Of a DNA stretch of 64,000 nt, positions 14,223 to 29,665 are shown piece after piece. Source of the DNA: Octopus sinensis (lineage: Eukaryota); assembly GCF_006345805.1 (NCBI RefSeq), contig NC_043007.1:55738001-55802000 (forward strand). The letters are read 5' to 3'. The notes beneath the pieces are model-generated. The model was not told the origin of the DNA, searched no databases, and worked only from the letters and a program-made list of their open reading frames with translations. The stretch's first letter is position 1; each line of letters starts with the position of its first letter. The position numbers and the translations under genes are program-made.

Positions 14223-14492
14223 AGTAAAAGTGTATATATGTGAGTGAGTGAGAGAGCGAGTGAGAGAGTGGAGGTGAGGAATGTGAGTAGAGATGAAAGA
14301 AATGAGGAAGAAGCAGAGGAAGAGAGAAGTGTTAGCGACGTGCTGTAGGGTGGGGAGGTAAAGGGAAAGGGAAAGAGATATATTTAGGTTACAAAATTTA
14401 GCAGAGGGTAATGTTCTGGCGGTGAGGCTCAAGAAAGGCAGATAAAGAATGATGGGCAGGAGAAGTTGCATTAAGATATATATATATATATA

Positions 14493-14548
<56 letters not shown>

Positions 14549-14781
14549 AATGTTAAAGATATGAAGACGGGAATTACATTGTTAAAAAGTTTGTTGAAGC
14601 GGTAGAGAGAAAGAGAGAAATATAAAGTGCTTAGGAGAGGAAGATTTAAAAATATAATACATTATTGTGGCTGAAAGTGAAATACTTAGCAAAATAAAAA
14701 TAAAAATGCACATCATCCTTTCTTTCTTAAGTAACTTCTCTTAATCCTTTTCGTTCTGTGGAATTTCCACGGGTCTCACTA

Positions 14782-14838
<57 letters not shown>

Positions 14839-14841
<3 letters not shown>

Positions 14842-14881
14842 TAGCATTATGACCCGGTGTTGCCGGGTCATAGTGCTAGTG
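14839..14881. repeat. 43-bp palindrome with CTAG at both ends (Helitron 3'-terminus-like)
   Basis: cactagcattatgacccgg-tgttg-ccgggtcatagtgctagtg. Confidence 0.8.
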
Positions 14882-15479
14882 AATGTGTATATGTGTATAT
14901 ATATGTGTACATATTACATGTACATCTATATATATATACATCTACACATAAAATACAAAATACAAATTTATTTCTTGATATCGCTCTGATAACAATACTC
15001 AAAATATATAACAGACTGGAATTGTAGGCCCGTCTCTTGCATTTTCGATCAATTGTATCTTGTCCTCCCTCTTGTATAGAAGTGTGGCTACAATCCAGCC
15101 TACCTCTACTTCTGGGTGGACATTTTAAATTTTTATCCGGGGCGTCCTACATCCCAGATATAAAGTAAAATATTTCCACTTGCAAGGTTCGAGTCGAGTA
15201 CTCTCTTGCACGCTCCGTTGACTCGAACCTTGCTTCTATTGTGGCGAATTTACCGCCTCTGGTTAGATACATATCTTTCATAGTCGCACCAAGACACTTT
15301 TCGATGGTGCTTTCCTCCAGGTGTTCAAATCTTTTTTCTCTACATTGTATACTTTATAGACAATAGTCTTTTTTTTAATTTAATTTTTTATTTCGTTCGG
15401 TGGTGTTAACCTAGATTCACCGTCTTTGTCGGTGATCAATCCGAAATAGGTTTGTATTTCTTCTATTTTAATTTTAATG

Positions 15480-16564
15480 AGTTCGCGCCCGCCGACGGCT
15501 GCAGCGAAATTTATTTTTGGACTTTCTTCTATCGAAGGAATTTTAACAAAAATGTTTGTGTATAAACGGTGAAAATATTGTCAATTTCCCCAAACAGGGA
15601 CACAATTCAATTTTTAAACAATAACCAAACCTCCTTCTCCCAAAGGGGGAGGGTTACGGTTTACAATTATTTAACAAATGCAACACAACAACGTTTCCCT
15701 TGCGAGGAACCAAGAAACGTGATAACAATAGTTAAACAGTAATAATAATAACAAACCTTACGGTGAATCAAAAAGCAGTACGCAGTTGAAGCTATAGTCC
15801 TTTATGTATAAGAAATAAACCAACAGCAGTACTCAGTAGAAGCAGCTGTTCGAGAAAACAGACATTACATACAGCCAAACTTCATATAGGTATTTAATGC
15901 TAGCTAATTAGCAGATAATCTAATGTAAAAGCCGTGGTAAACGGTATGTGCACAGCTCCATCTGGACTATTCCATTTCTGCACACTAATTTTATTTTTAA
16001 ATTATTCCCATTCATGTGAAACCACTTATTCAAGTTCAAGTTATTGATGCAATTTTATACCAATTGCTATTTTAATTTTTGTTATGTTACGATTATATTA
16101 TACTTTAGTTCGATTTTAATTATTACTTGCTACATATAATTCAATTGTTATTATTATCTCTAATTTTTATAGTTAACATGAAAGTATCTGACATAAAATA
16201 GAGAAATGTTTTTGTTTCACTTTTAACACGTAATACTGAAATAGTGGAGAAGATATGATATTGCTATGGGCTCGCCCTAGGCAAGAAGTTGAACATATTT
16301 TTGCCCATGAAACTACATGGACCCTAAGTAAGGCATGTGTAAAATTTGAATGGAATTGGTTGTGTAGTTCTCAAGTTTTAGGGAATCATAGTGGAGAAGA
16401 TATGATATTGCTGTGGGCTCGCCCTAGGTAAAAAGTTAAAAGCTTTTTTTTGCCGATGACACTCCCCGGACACTAAGTAAGGCATGTGTAAAATTTGAAT
16501 GAAATTGGTAGTGTAGTTCTCAAGTTTTAGGGAAACACACAGACAGACAGACACACATTCCCAG

Positions 16565-16570
<6 letters not shown>
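15480..16570. mobile_element. Non-autonomous Helitron/HINE-like remnant with a 147-bp internal tandem duplication (16241-16387, 16388-16534)
   Basis: End aaatttgaat..attgg..gtagtt..aaacacacagacagacagacacacatt..(TA)n resembles Lep1/HINE-type termini; the duplication is directly visible; left boundary uncertain. Confidence 0.45.
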
Positions 16571-16640
<70 letters not shown>

Positions 16641-16758
16641 GTATAAATATATATATATATATATTTGTGCGTGTGTGTATGTGTGTGTATGCGTGTGTGT
16701 GCTTGCTTGTGTACGTATGTGCGTGTGTGCTTGTGTGTGTGTGTGTGTGAGTATGTGT

Positions 16759-16806
<48 letters not shown>
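16566..16806. repeat. (TA)n + (TG)n compound microsatellite
   Basis: Direct reading. Confidence 0.95.
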
Positions 16807-16808
<2 letters not shown>

Positions 16809-19800
16809 ATTTCTGAAAATATTATTGCAAAATTTATTTCACAAAGAAAATTATGTTGCTTCATGGAAAGAGGAACAGTACAAAGTGTATTCCAGAAGTT
16901 TAGAGACATATTCCCTGGGAAGACGTTTATTAGTTTCAAAGAAGTACAGAACACTAACCTCCTTAAAAATAGGATCGTTCGACTTGAATGTACTTGTAGG
17001 ACTGCAGACACTTCGTGAAGGCCCCATGGGTATTCTCTAAAGTGAAGGTGCCCAGGACACTCATTAAAGCTTCTTTTATCTTCTCCTTAAGCTTTGGGAC
17101 CTAGCAAAAGTCACAGGGAGCAAAGTCCGGACTGTAGGAAGAGGGAGGGATAATTTTAATGCCCATCTCTGTCAAGGAATTGGTTATTCACATGGAATTG
17201 TGGACTGCTGCATTTGTAACAAAATCTCTTCCTGAATTCTATCAAAACCTCCACAAATTACTCTTTGTTGAGCATCAGCCAGAGCGAACCTAGTGGTTGT
17301 AGATGATGCGCTTGCTATCAAGATAGAGGATCATCACTAGTTTCCCGGTCGACTTGCTTTGCCCGGCCTCTTCTGTTAGCGAAAAACAGATGCCCAGCTC
17401 ATACAAGTTAATCTAAAAACAGTCGGAACATTTTATATGTTTCTGTAGTGCTTTTGTTCAATTTAACACAAAACTTTATTGCATAGCGAGCTTCCAAATT
17501 CTCTTCACGTGCAAACTAGTCACCTGTGACAAGCAGGATGTTTTCAAAGTGCTGCTTCAGCCGACTCCTTTCATCTGGAGTGACAAAAGGTGGCAGATCA
17601 GCTTATGAATTACAATAATCAAGAGCAGTTAAAACTGTCTCTCTTTAAAAATGCCTCAAAACTTCTGAATCTTGCAATAATTGGTGGAAATATTTGAAAT
17701 ATAATGGGATTATTGGATAAAAATATTATAGTGAATTATTACGAGAACACATATCATTGTGGGGATGAAACTGCAGATGGGAAAATAACAGTAATGAATC
17801 AAGTTAATCTTGAGCAACGTTAGATAAAATGCGTCCAATGTTTAAATCACGCAACTTTGTGTATATAAAAATATTGTTAACGATGCAGTTCTGCAGAAGT
17901 GTTTGTACTGATGTCACAACCCGAATATCCCCCCCCCAAGCCATAGCACAAACACACCCACACATCTACAAACACAGGCATGCTACTTGTTTGTTATATA
18001 TATAATCGTATACATGCATTTTCATTTGGACTCGATTAACTCATTCTCCATACCGAGTTTCTATTTTCTGCGCGTTCGTCCTTACAAGGACCCCTCTCCG
18101 ACCAGAAGAGGGTTAGAAAGAGAAAAGTAACCCTCCAACCTATAACAACTGAAAACTTACCAAACACCTCATTGAAAGGATCCTGTCTAACAGAATCTAT
18201 AGTCTATAGAATCCCCCTCACACTATCAATAGCATAACAAGACACTAAACGGGTATGACATCCATTAATCTCGAAGGAAGTTATACAAAGCACACGTACT
18301 CTTTCAGGTACAGTAATAGGAAAAACTTCACCGTCTAGCCTTGCTTCATGTGGAGATTCCGTCACCATCGAAATTACTTCCTAGACACCTAAAAGAGTAT
18401 TGCTGACAGGGGTACCTTCTTAATCACTAGGAGCTTGCAAGCCCCGTTTCCATGAGAGACAGCACATACTCCAGTAACTCCCAGTATCGATGAATAGGAA
18501 GAATGAAGTATCTTATTCTTGACATCACAAACACAACTTTTCAAAGAAGAAACTCACTCATCTGGCTGCTGACAAACCGAATGTACTACATTAGTTCTAG
18601 CTGAACCGGCACAAAGGCAGGGTTTATATTCTCCGTCGCCTGTATAGACAACAACCCATCCATTTAGGTCATGTAATCTCAATTGTAACTTAGCACGATC
18701 AAATTTTGTAACTCACACGTAAATACTATTACCACACGTGTTTATATTCCACTGAGTGATGACTGATCTACTGGTGCCAACATCATACAATACTCTACAG
18801 GGTACCCACTACAAGGAAGTTTTGACTCTCAATATACTATATTGCAGCCTGCCGTTTAAGTGACGCCAGTATCTTGCTAACATTTTGTCGGAACACATGG
18901 ACCTAAACTTATGAAAATAGCTGGTGCTGCTTTGATAGCATTAATGTCCCGGGATTTGAACTAACCAATACAGACCTAAACATCTAAAAGCCATTTTGAA
19001 TTTCTGTCAAAATTTCTACCTCGTCTCCAAGCATTTGATGAGATGGATGTATCCTGCGTGCCAACGAAACTTTAAAACATGTGCAACTGAGTCAAACTGT
19101 TATTTAGTACATTAACTCCAAACATGATGAGAGCTACTTTCCTTCGTCTGTTCATTCACACACTATACGTGTGTGTGTTTATGTGTGTGCATGTGCGTGC
19201 GCGTGCGCGCGCGTGTGCGCGCGTGTGCGCGCGTGTGCGTGTGTGCGTGTGCGTTCGTGAGTGCGTGTGTGTATGTGTATGTGTGTGTGTGTGTGTGTGT
19301 GTGCCTGCGTATGTGTATACAAACACCTATGTATAAATACAGATATATATGTATATGTGTGCTGCTGTTCTTACACCACCTATGGCTAATATGAGCTTTT
19401 GCTGCTAATATGTAAGAGAAAGTATTTATCCACGATAGTCATCGATAATTACACTATAGACAAAAATAACGAATCGGATGTCTACGGGTATTAGTCCGGG
19501 AAGAGTTGTCTCTTTTGATGGCAAATGGGTAATATTTGCCATCTCCTGTTCATCGAAACTATATATATAGATATTTATGCATCATACTTAACGTTTATAC
19601 ACCGTTATGAGTTTTCATCTACGACAAATTCTCTTATAGACATGCTTGGTTAGAATTGAATATATATCGGACGGAGAGGAATAATCGCCGCGGCAGTGAC
19701 TAGTGAGAACGCCAGGTACATTACAGCCTTCTTGAATCCTGTCAATGACGAAGTCACATGCCTTGACAAAATTTGTCACGTCTGATATATGGGCAACAGT

Positions 19801-20053
19801 TGAATGATACGCTCACTGCTTTTGCCAATATTCGCCCCGTCCGGCAAAATGAAAAATAGGTGTATGCAATTAAAGCAGCATTGAATCAAAATAACCATCC
19901 TCGAATCATACGTGCGGTTTTAACATAGCACATCTATAAGAGATATTATCTCGAACGAAAACTGCAGTGTCTTGCCTGTCAACCGTGTATGTCCGATAAG
20001 TATGATCCAAAACTATGTTTATGCAATGCTGTTTCAATTGCGTACACAGTATA

Positions 20054-20127
<74 letters not shown>

Positions 20128-20238
20128 TATTCATTCCTGTCGAATTTTATCCTTAATTTTGTGGTTATGGAACCAAGCTGTTCTTTCTAGTGTGTTGAAT
20201 CCCACGAGTGGATTCCTCGTGTGTTTAAATGTACACTG

Positions 20239-20331
<93 letters not shown>

Positions 20332-20630
20332 CATAAATACATATATATATACATAAATACATGCACACAAACGTACATATACATATACATGCACACACAC
20401 ATACAAGCATACATACATATGTTATGCGCACGCAAACTAACGCACACACATGTGCTAAATGAAACATAAAGAACGCAGCTCGGATAGCGGACAGAATCAA
20501 CGACTATTGAAAAGGTTGGAAGACGCAAAGAAAATTTTAGAAAAAGTAAATAAGTAAATGAGTGGAAACTGAACCGGTGAGTGTGTTAAATAGTAAGGTA
20601 CTAAAAAGAAATGACTCTCCACAGACGCCT

Positions 20631-21660
<1,030 letters not shown>

Positions 21661-21689
21661 GGAAAAAAATGAACAATATATATATATAT

Positions 21690-22130
21690 TGAAACTGGTT
21701 ATTTTTAGTGGTTTGCTATTTTCTATTATTTGCTCATGAAAGAGGCGTGGTTTTAATTTGAGTTTTTGCTTCATTTTTATTTAGTTACAGCTTCTTATAT
21801 TAACTCTATTTGTTTGTATGCTTTTCATCATGTTTGTTTTTGGTGTGTAAAGTATTGTGATTGCAAATATTGTCACGGTAGAATACGTTTGTTGGTGAGA
21901 ATTTTGTTTTAGTCAAGGTTACGGTATTTTAAAGAGAAATTAAATAAAACAAATTAAAAAGATGCACTTCATTAACAAATACAAAGGAATAAACACCAGG
22001 CCACAAAGAATGCCAAATTAAGGGACACGAAATAGTAGCCAATGAACAATATATCATCTAAGTGAGTTGTAGCCTGAAGATCAGGTGCCGAGAATATCTA
22101 GTCATGAGCTAAATGTTTAGTTTCTATAAA
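21690..22130 (-). mobile_element. Decayed Penelope-like RT remnant
   Basis: Minus strand HLDDILFI (cf. PLE RYxDDIFxIW) and a KILT..-like segment; many stops. Confidence 0.35.
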
Positions 22131-22199
22131 TAAGGAACACTAGATGTATTGAAAACACCTCATTCGTTCGACACACTTCAGCGTTTGTGCCTACATACA

Positions 22200-22275
<76 letters not shown>

Positions 22276-22838
22276 TATTTGTCTGTTTATCTGCCTGCCT
22301 ATCTGTCTGCCTGTCTGTCTGTCTGTCCATCTGTGTCTGTGAGAATTGGCTTTGGGGTTAAAAATGTCTGAAATCGAATTTTTGTATATTCCTACTTACG
22401 TGTAAGGAATTCACTAGTCGCTAAATATATAAATGTGTGTGTGTGTGTGTGCGCGCGCGTGTAATACTGGAAGGGGTATTAAATAGTTTTTAGTAAAAGA
22501 ATTAAATATATCGATTATGCACAAACTTAGCATTCTACCGAGTGAATAAAAATTCCTAATTTAAGAATCAGTTTCAAACAGTGATCCAAATTTAACTGAA
22601 AAGGGATAAAAAATTATTTTTTTTTCTGGGGGATACTCTTTCTTCTACCTGGTTGCTGCTGGGGAACTTTGATTTTTCTCCCATTCTGAACCCATCTTCT
22701 TGCGTCTCTGTAAATCATCTATAATTCATAAGTACTCTGATCTCTTTTAGCTTCTCACATAGAAAAATGGTGCCAACCAGGAAGCATACGTGTAGTCGCT
22801 TGATTTGTTAAAAATAGAGACAAATTGCCACCATATTA

Positions 22839-23369
22839 TCAGGTCAACCCATAAGTTCTGTCCGAATTTTGAATAAAGAAAACAAATGATCAAATGTTAT
22901 ATTTCATTGAAATTTATTCATCAATGTATTTTTCCTGATTATCTATGACTTCTTTCCACCTATTTACAAGCTTTTTAGTCCCATCAATGTAAATATCTTT
23001 TGGTTTCAAAGCGTAGAACTCTGAAATGTCAGTTTCAACCACCTCCTGGCTTGCGAAAGTTATGTCCCCCAAATGATTTTATAAACTACGAAACAAATGG
23101 TAGTCTGAAGGAGCAAGGCTGCAGAATTTCCTTTTTTGTACTCATAAAGCATTATGTGCCTCAAATGCTCTTTGAATACTTCCATGTTAGAAAGGGTTTT
23201 AATCAAAGAAATTTTAATTCTAATATTCTGTAAAATAATATTTCCTTAGTTTAAATGTACACAAATGCATAAAAATAATTTTTAATTCCATTAGAGATTC
23301 TAAAATGCTATTAAATGTCATTCAGTTTCAAATAAAGTAAAATCGGACAGAACGTATGGGATGACCTGA
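22839..23369 (-). mobile_element. Internally deleted mariner-family DNA transposon with intact TIRs and TA target-site duplication
   Basis: TA-tcaggtcaacccataagttctgtccg ... cggacagaacgtatgggatgacctga-TA; minus strand retains LAPSDYHLFRSL*NHL and ETDISEFYALKPKDIYIDGTKKLVNRWKEVIDNQEKYIDE* (mariner C-terminus). Confidence 0.9.
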
Positions 23370-24028
23370 TACATGCTTAAAACTGGCAAGATACATTGGA
23401 CAATATGTCTTTTTGATCAGGGGATTAAAGACCTCGATCACTAACAATGACGTTGAGACTGTTTTCTTTCTATTACACTATTTATAATCTTAACAAAGCT
23501 ATACACTTCACAACATCCAGGTTGACTTTCTTCGAAAGACTTCATGTGTATTAAGCATTTCGCTAGATATCACGTATCGTCTTTGTTGACTAACGTTGTA
23601 AATGACTGAGATATTTTATAACTGTTTTATAACTGTAATTAGCTTTCCCTCCCAGTTGATATTTACTTAAAGATAGAAATTCAGTTTATTTTAGCATGGA
23701 TCATGGGATTTTTGTTCAGGCCTAAATTTGATATTCGATTTTCGATAGATATGAAACTTTCATTTTTTTTCTACTTTGATACATCTCAAGGCTTTTGTTA
23801 GCACAAGTTAACTGTTTTTCATTGTTTGCCTTTAATTTCGGCGATGAATTTACTCTCGGCCTCTACTTCAACACTGTCTGCTATATATGATTAATTTAAT
23901 CAGAAGTAGCACCTTCCAAATTACTTCCTTTGTTGCTGCCAAAGAAAGGTAATTATATCCATCTTAGACTACTTCTCAGAATCTGCGACTTTGTAGCAGA
24001 TTAGATTCTATCAATCAATCAATGAATT

Positions 24029-24064
<36 letters not shown>

Positions 24065-25217
24065 TGTTTGTCTGTCTATCTGTCTGCCTGTATGTCTATC
24101 TTTTTATCTGTTTGTTATATCTGCCAATTTGTCTAACTTGTTTGTCTATCCGTCCATCTTTCTGTCTGTTTTCCAAGCCTGCCAAGCTGTTTATATATTT
24201 GGCTATCTGTGCCTCTCCTCTGCACGTGCACACAAATGCTCATACACATATGCACATACTCATACACACGGATACACATACACAGATACAAATACTCACA
24301 TACACGCGCGCGCACGCGCAAACACACACTCACACAGAACACTAGCCTACTCAACATTAGTATTATCGTTTCCTGAGGCAAATCGTTTGAGAAACAGGAA
24401 AAGAGCCGGTTTGAAGATTACGTAACGGGTTTCTTAATGACCCAGTCATATACACTATTATATAATGAAAAGCTCAGCTAATCGACAAACTAAGATACTC
24501 ATCGTTTAAGTCGACGGAATATCCATTCACTTTTTAATGCCTAAATCAGTATGTTAATAAGGGAAAATTTTATGTGCATGCAATATAGAAAACTGCGAAG
24601 ATGAGATGGTGAAATACTCATTGAGAAGTAGGTTGGCCATGATAGCTTTTAGAAGAGTGGGAAATTGCACATTGAAATATAAGATATTAAGAGTGAAGGA
24701 AGAGAACAGTCTAACAGAAGAGGTTTCAGAGAGAGGGAGAGAGAGCAAGAAAGAGATAGATATACATAGAGAGAGGGGTGAAAGGAAAGGAGTCATAAAG
24801 ATACGAAAGTGACAAACAAGTAACATGGAAGAGTTGAAGCCAGTTAGGCAGGTAGATAGATACATATATAGTGCTTCAAACTCCCATTCATGCATAAATG
24901 TACATACGCATAGATATATGCATGGAAAGAGAAACAGAATTGGCTAAAGAAATGTCAGGCAGAGAATGACCATAAAATCCACAAGTTACTATCTTCCATG
25001 TTTGGAACGAGAAGTGTGACACTGCAACGGATAGCAAGCTAACTGGCAAAATAAATAGATAGATATAAAGATAGATAGATAGATAGACACACAAGAGTAA
25101 GACAGATATACATAGATCCATGCATAGCAAGACACATGCATATAGATAGGAAGGTAGGTATACAGAGGGAGAGAAAATGTACGGGAGAGAGATGGAAGGA
25201 TAGATTGATGAATGCAT

Positions 25218-25335
25218 ACATATATACATACATACATAAATACATACATACATACATACATACATACATACATACATACATAATACATACATACATACAT
25301 ACATACATACATACATACATACATACATACATGCA
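25218..25335. repeat. (CATA)n microsatellite
   Basis: Direct reading. Confidence 0.95.
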
Positions 25336-25816
25336 ATACATATATGTATGTATAGATAAAAAGTTAGAGAAAGGTGGAATGACTAGTAGAAAAGAAGAGG
25401 GTAAAAGAAAAATAGATGTTCAGTGGAAACTTGACAATGGAAACTTGATGCCTTTCGTGTTTAGAAAGGAGGAAGAGAAAGAAAGAGAAAGAAAAGTACG
25501 GTAAAAAGAATAACATATATATGTATGTATGTATCAGGAAAGAGAGAGAGAGAGAGAGAAACAAAGTGCGAAGCCTTGAATTTCACCGTGAATTATTATG
25601 GTGTTATCAGATTCCGTTCTAAGCATCACTTGTGCATTAGCACCATTCTTTAACATGGCGGCGTTGTGCCATTTGATCTGCTCTATGAAACAGAACAGTT
25701 ATTTTAAGACTAAAAACAATCAGATATCCCATTATTTCTCAAAAGAAGAAACTAAAGAACAATCAATAAACTACGTATGTATCTATATATGTGTACAAGT
25801 ATGTATGCGTATACAT

Positions 25817-25889
<73 letters not shown>

Positions 25890-26269
25890 TGTGTGTGTAT
25901 GTGTGTGTGTCTGTGTGTGTATATATATATATAAATACCTGTTTGTGTATGTGTACACATATTTATATATTGCTATGCCTATTTGTATATACATATGTTA
26001 CTTATGTGTGCGTGCGTAATCTATGTCCCACTACTTTGTGTGTGTGTATGCGTGTGTGCATGTCAGTGTGTATTCGTGTACGTGTATTCAGGCAGACAGA
26101 CGGACAACAAATGCATATTTTAATGATCAGATCTATCTTTTAAAATATTTTTCTACATTTAAAAAAATTTTTAGATTTATTTATCGTTTCATTTTATTTG
26201 TATTTATATTTTGAAAGAGTAATTGTATAATATTTAAAAAAAAACAATGGTGTCTACTAGAGATAAAAG

Positions 26270-26780
26270 TAATAATAATGATTTCCAACTAAAGCACAAG
26301 GTCACAGTTTTGGGGTAGAAGAGTTGTCTATCTGATCGATCTCAGTACTTGACTGGTATTTAGTTGAACAACTTTGGCAGAGTAATATGAAACGTTGATC
26401 CCAGTCAGATTTGAACAAAGAAAGCAGTGCTTGTAACTAAATTCTGCAAAGCCAGTACTCTAGGGATTGTACTCGCCTATATTTCTTCCACCGAAACAAG
26501 GCTTCAGTTTATAAGGCAGGTAACGTATGTTGTGACAGTGAGGAATCTAAATCAGTGATCTGGCTCTGCAAATATGAAATGGATTAGTGATTGGTATCTA
26601 AAAACAATTAACATCAAATGTTATTTATAATGGTTTTTCATGTTGATACAAGCCAATAAATTTTTGGAATAGAACTTAAGTACAACTTCAGTACTTGACT
26701 AGTACTCTATTTTAATGGCTTCGAAAAGATGAAAGTCAAATTCAATACTTATGTGATCTGAACTGGGATTAGAACGAAAG
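26270..26780 (-). mobile_element. Two decayed Nin-domain-like SINE copies
   Basis: cagtacttgactggta motif and ..gaaaagatgaaag.caaa.. similar to 59400-59620. Confidence 0.5.
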
Positions 26781-28967
26781 AAGAGTGATGAAGAGGTAGA
26801 AATGATGACACTAAGGTGGTGCTTTTGGTGTTAGAACGTAGAAAAATGATACTAAAGTCGCTCCTTACAAATTTTTGCATAATCTTTTTTACGTTGTGAG
26901 CTCAAATCCGCCAGAATCGAATTTTTTCATTCCTCATTGTGGATAAAAAGCAGTAAGAGATCCATGGAACAACTGATAAATCTTCAACAAACAGAAATGC
27001 GATATAATTTCGAATCGATTTTGAAACCAATTATTTACACTACTTATGCTAAATAAATGTATGTCACGTATTCTTATCTTCTCCATAAATGCGTCTCTCC
27101 CTCAAATAAAGAATAAATATGTATCAAACATATTTTGATATGGAACTGTTGTTCTTTAGTAATGTAAGTAATATTAACAGGCATGTATTGGGTTGTTACT
27201 ACCGAGTTTAGCCATCTCCAACAAATCTTTGACCTTGTGCTATTGCTCCAATAATATAGCTATGCAACAGAAAAGAGGTTAACATGATAATTGATACCTG
27301 CGTTGATAAAATTATATGAGATAGATATCATGTTTGTAGCAAGATATCACATCAACAATAGCTTGGAATTTTTTTCAAAATAGAGACTATAACCCTAACC
27401 CTATTGCAACTTATGGAAATTAGCTTTGCAGCATCTGCAAGATGTATGTTCTTCTTTTCTTCCTTCTGGTTTTCGCTTTCAGATATAGGATTATGGCTTC
27501 TCTATTCCAGTTGTCCATTACAAGGAAGTAGCCAATCAGACACCACCATTGTTTGACGGTTGTTACACTGACACTATCGAGTCTTTATTGTGGGATATGT
27601 TTCACAAAACCTGGTTCTAATTGTAAAGACGGTGGCAAATTCTTTAGAGAAAATTTGAAAGAAGTGGAACAACTGCTCAGATACATCGTCACTAATTCTT
27701 CCACATTCCGTTTGTGGGAATATTACTCTTTCCGCCTCACTTCGACTTTAAAATACGATTTGTGTTTGAACAAAACAAAAAATAATACTAGTTACACGGT
27801 CGTGAATATATTCACTAGAGAATATATTCACGGTCGTGAATTTATTCACGAGAACTAAGTAATTCAAAAGAGTACGAAATTAAACATTAGTCTTCGTGTA
27901 ATGTGTCTGAGCAACTTAACCTGGCTGGCCCTTAGATTTGTGAGCGAAATATACATTATGTATACATTGATTATTCTACTTACTTGGTAGCTCAACTATG
28001 TACATCTATGATACCTATTAATAGCAAAACGGAACTGAGTTAGTTCAAAGATGACCATAGACACAGTATTGGTCAGTGAATACGAAACGTCAATATTTTG
28101 GTTAGTAGTCTAATTTTTTATCAATTTGGTCAACCTTTCTACGAGAAATGTATTCAGCGGTGAATTTAATCTTCAGGAATTAAGAAAGTTTTGTATTTTA
28201 CTATAGCACTAAGCTGCCTATTAATCTTTTAAAAGCTTAGTCTTTCTAGATTTTATCTTTTATTCTTGAGAAAACATACTTATCCACGTATATGGGCTAC
28301 TGAATTCAAATTTAAAAATAAAAGAAAATGGGGGGGGGGGAGGATCAATTGCGAACACACCCACAATTGTTTATAACTATATGGAACTTAACTTTTTCTT
28401 GTACTTTAGTGTAGAAGAGGTTTAAGAATACCTGTTAGATTATATTTTGAACGTTGTATACATTCTTTATTTTTTGGTTGATGGAGGATTGGTGAATTCC
28501 GAAGCTGTATTTCTTTAGCTAAGTAGACATGTGTATAGATGAAAACAAGGGGGCGGGGGGGATGGAACATTATTTGCGATGGTATTTGCATATGTATTTC
28601 CATTGCAATGTATTAATCTATGATGTTCTTCATTGTAACTATCCTTGCAATAAGAAACATTGATCGATGTTTTTACTGCGTTTCTTTTCCACCTCTATTC
28701 CATGATTTATTTGTCTATTCATCCAGTTAGTTGTTGCAATGCTAGCCAGTCAATGCCGAGCTGGCTTTGTGTTTGTTAGAGTGGTGCTCTTTGAATAGTT
28801 GTAAACACAAAGAAAGCTTAAACTATTTAGGAAGCATTGCGCGCATATACTCACATACTTATATGCATGCACACACACACACACGTACACATACACACAC
28901 ATACATACATAACATACATACATACATACATACATACATACACTCCCTCTCATAACATGCACGTATC

Positions 28968-29180
28968 TTTATCTTTTACTTGTTTTAGTCATTCGACTGT
29001 GATCATGCTGGGGCACCGTCTTGAAGACTTTTCAGCTGTATAAATCGACCTCTGTACCCATTGTCTTGAAAGCTTGGTACTTATTCTATCGTTCTGTTTT
29101 GCTGAACCGCTATGTTGCAGAGACGTAAATACACTAACACCGGTTGTCATGTGGTGGTCGAGGACAAACACACACACACA
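28968..29180 (-). mobile_element. tRNA-derived SINE, 3' half with LINE-like tail
   Basis: Minus strand tail cggtgccccagcatgatcacagtcgaatgactaaaacaagtaaaaga. Confidence 0.8.
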
Positions 29181-29601
29181 CACATTATTATTTTTTTTTA
29201 AACAGTTTGATTTGGCTCCATGCAACTTAAAGTTTCGTGGGCTTCTAACAGACACCTGCCGCGTTCGGGAACAAGTTAGTGAATGGAGAAACGCAAAACA
29301 TCCGATGACTACTGGGAATTCAAGATGGCTTCTGGTAAATGATCAGCTGTTGGTCAAAGCGGGTCACATGGTGTTGTAAGATGTAAGATCGGTGATTTAG
29401 CGACACCAGGTTCGTTAGAAAGAAAAATTTCTTGAATGGAATGGCATCTTGGTGTGGGCTCGCACGAATACATTTGTTAGTGACTGCTATTTACGTGCGC
29501 GTTATTTGCCTGCTATATACGCATGCCTGTGTGAATTGAACCGGAAACAAGGAAGCAAGATCAAATTTCTTTTGCTGTTTGGGTTTAGCTGCAGATCAAG
29601 C

Positions 29602-29665
29602 CCGATCAAAGAGATCAACGCTGATCAAAGAGATTAACCCTGATCAAAGAGATCACCCTTGATCA
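29602..29665. repeat. 19-bp minisatellite, 3 units plus partials, inside an unclassified interspersed repeat (relatives near 5190-5345, 32900-33070, 33620-33830)
   Basis: c(c/t)gatcaaagagat(c/t)a.c. repeated three times. Confidence 0.75.

Noticed and set aside
17000-19130. Complex-looking 2-kb segment as a possible gene or regulatory region
   Set aside because: No ORF in the track and no motif I can support; may be old TE sequence, needs a database search
24554-24895. 113-aa minus-strand ORF as a possible exon
   Set aside because: Largely built from AG/CT-rich low-complexity sequence; no motif
27440-27860. Non-repetitive-looking ORF 27553-27858 as a possible host exon or hAT remnant
   Set aside because: No recognisable domain in any frame and no convincing splice context
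29602-29665. Short direct repeats resembling a CRISPR array
   Set aside because: 19-bp units are adjacent with no unique spacers, there are no cas genes, and the context is eukaryotic; ordinary minisatellite
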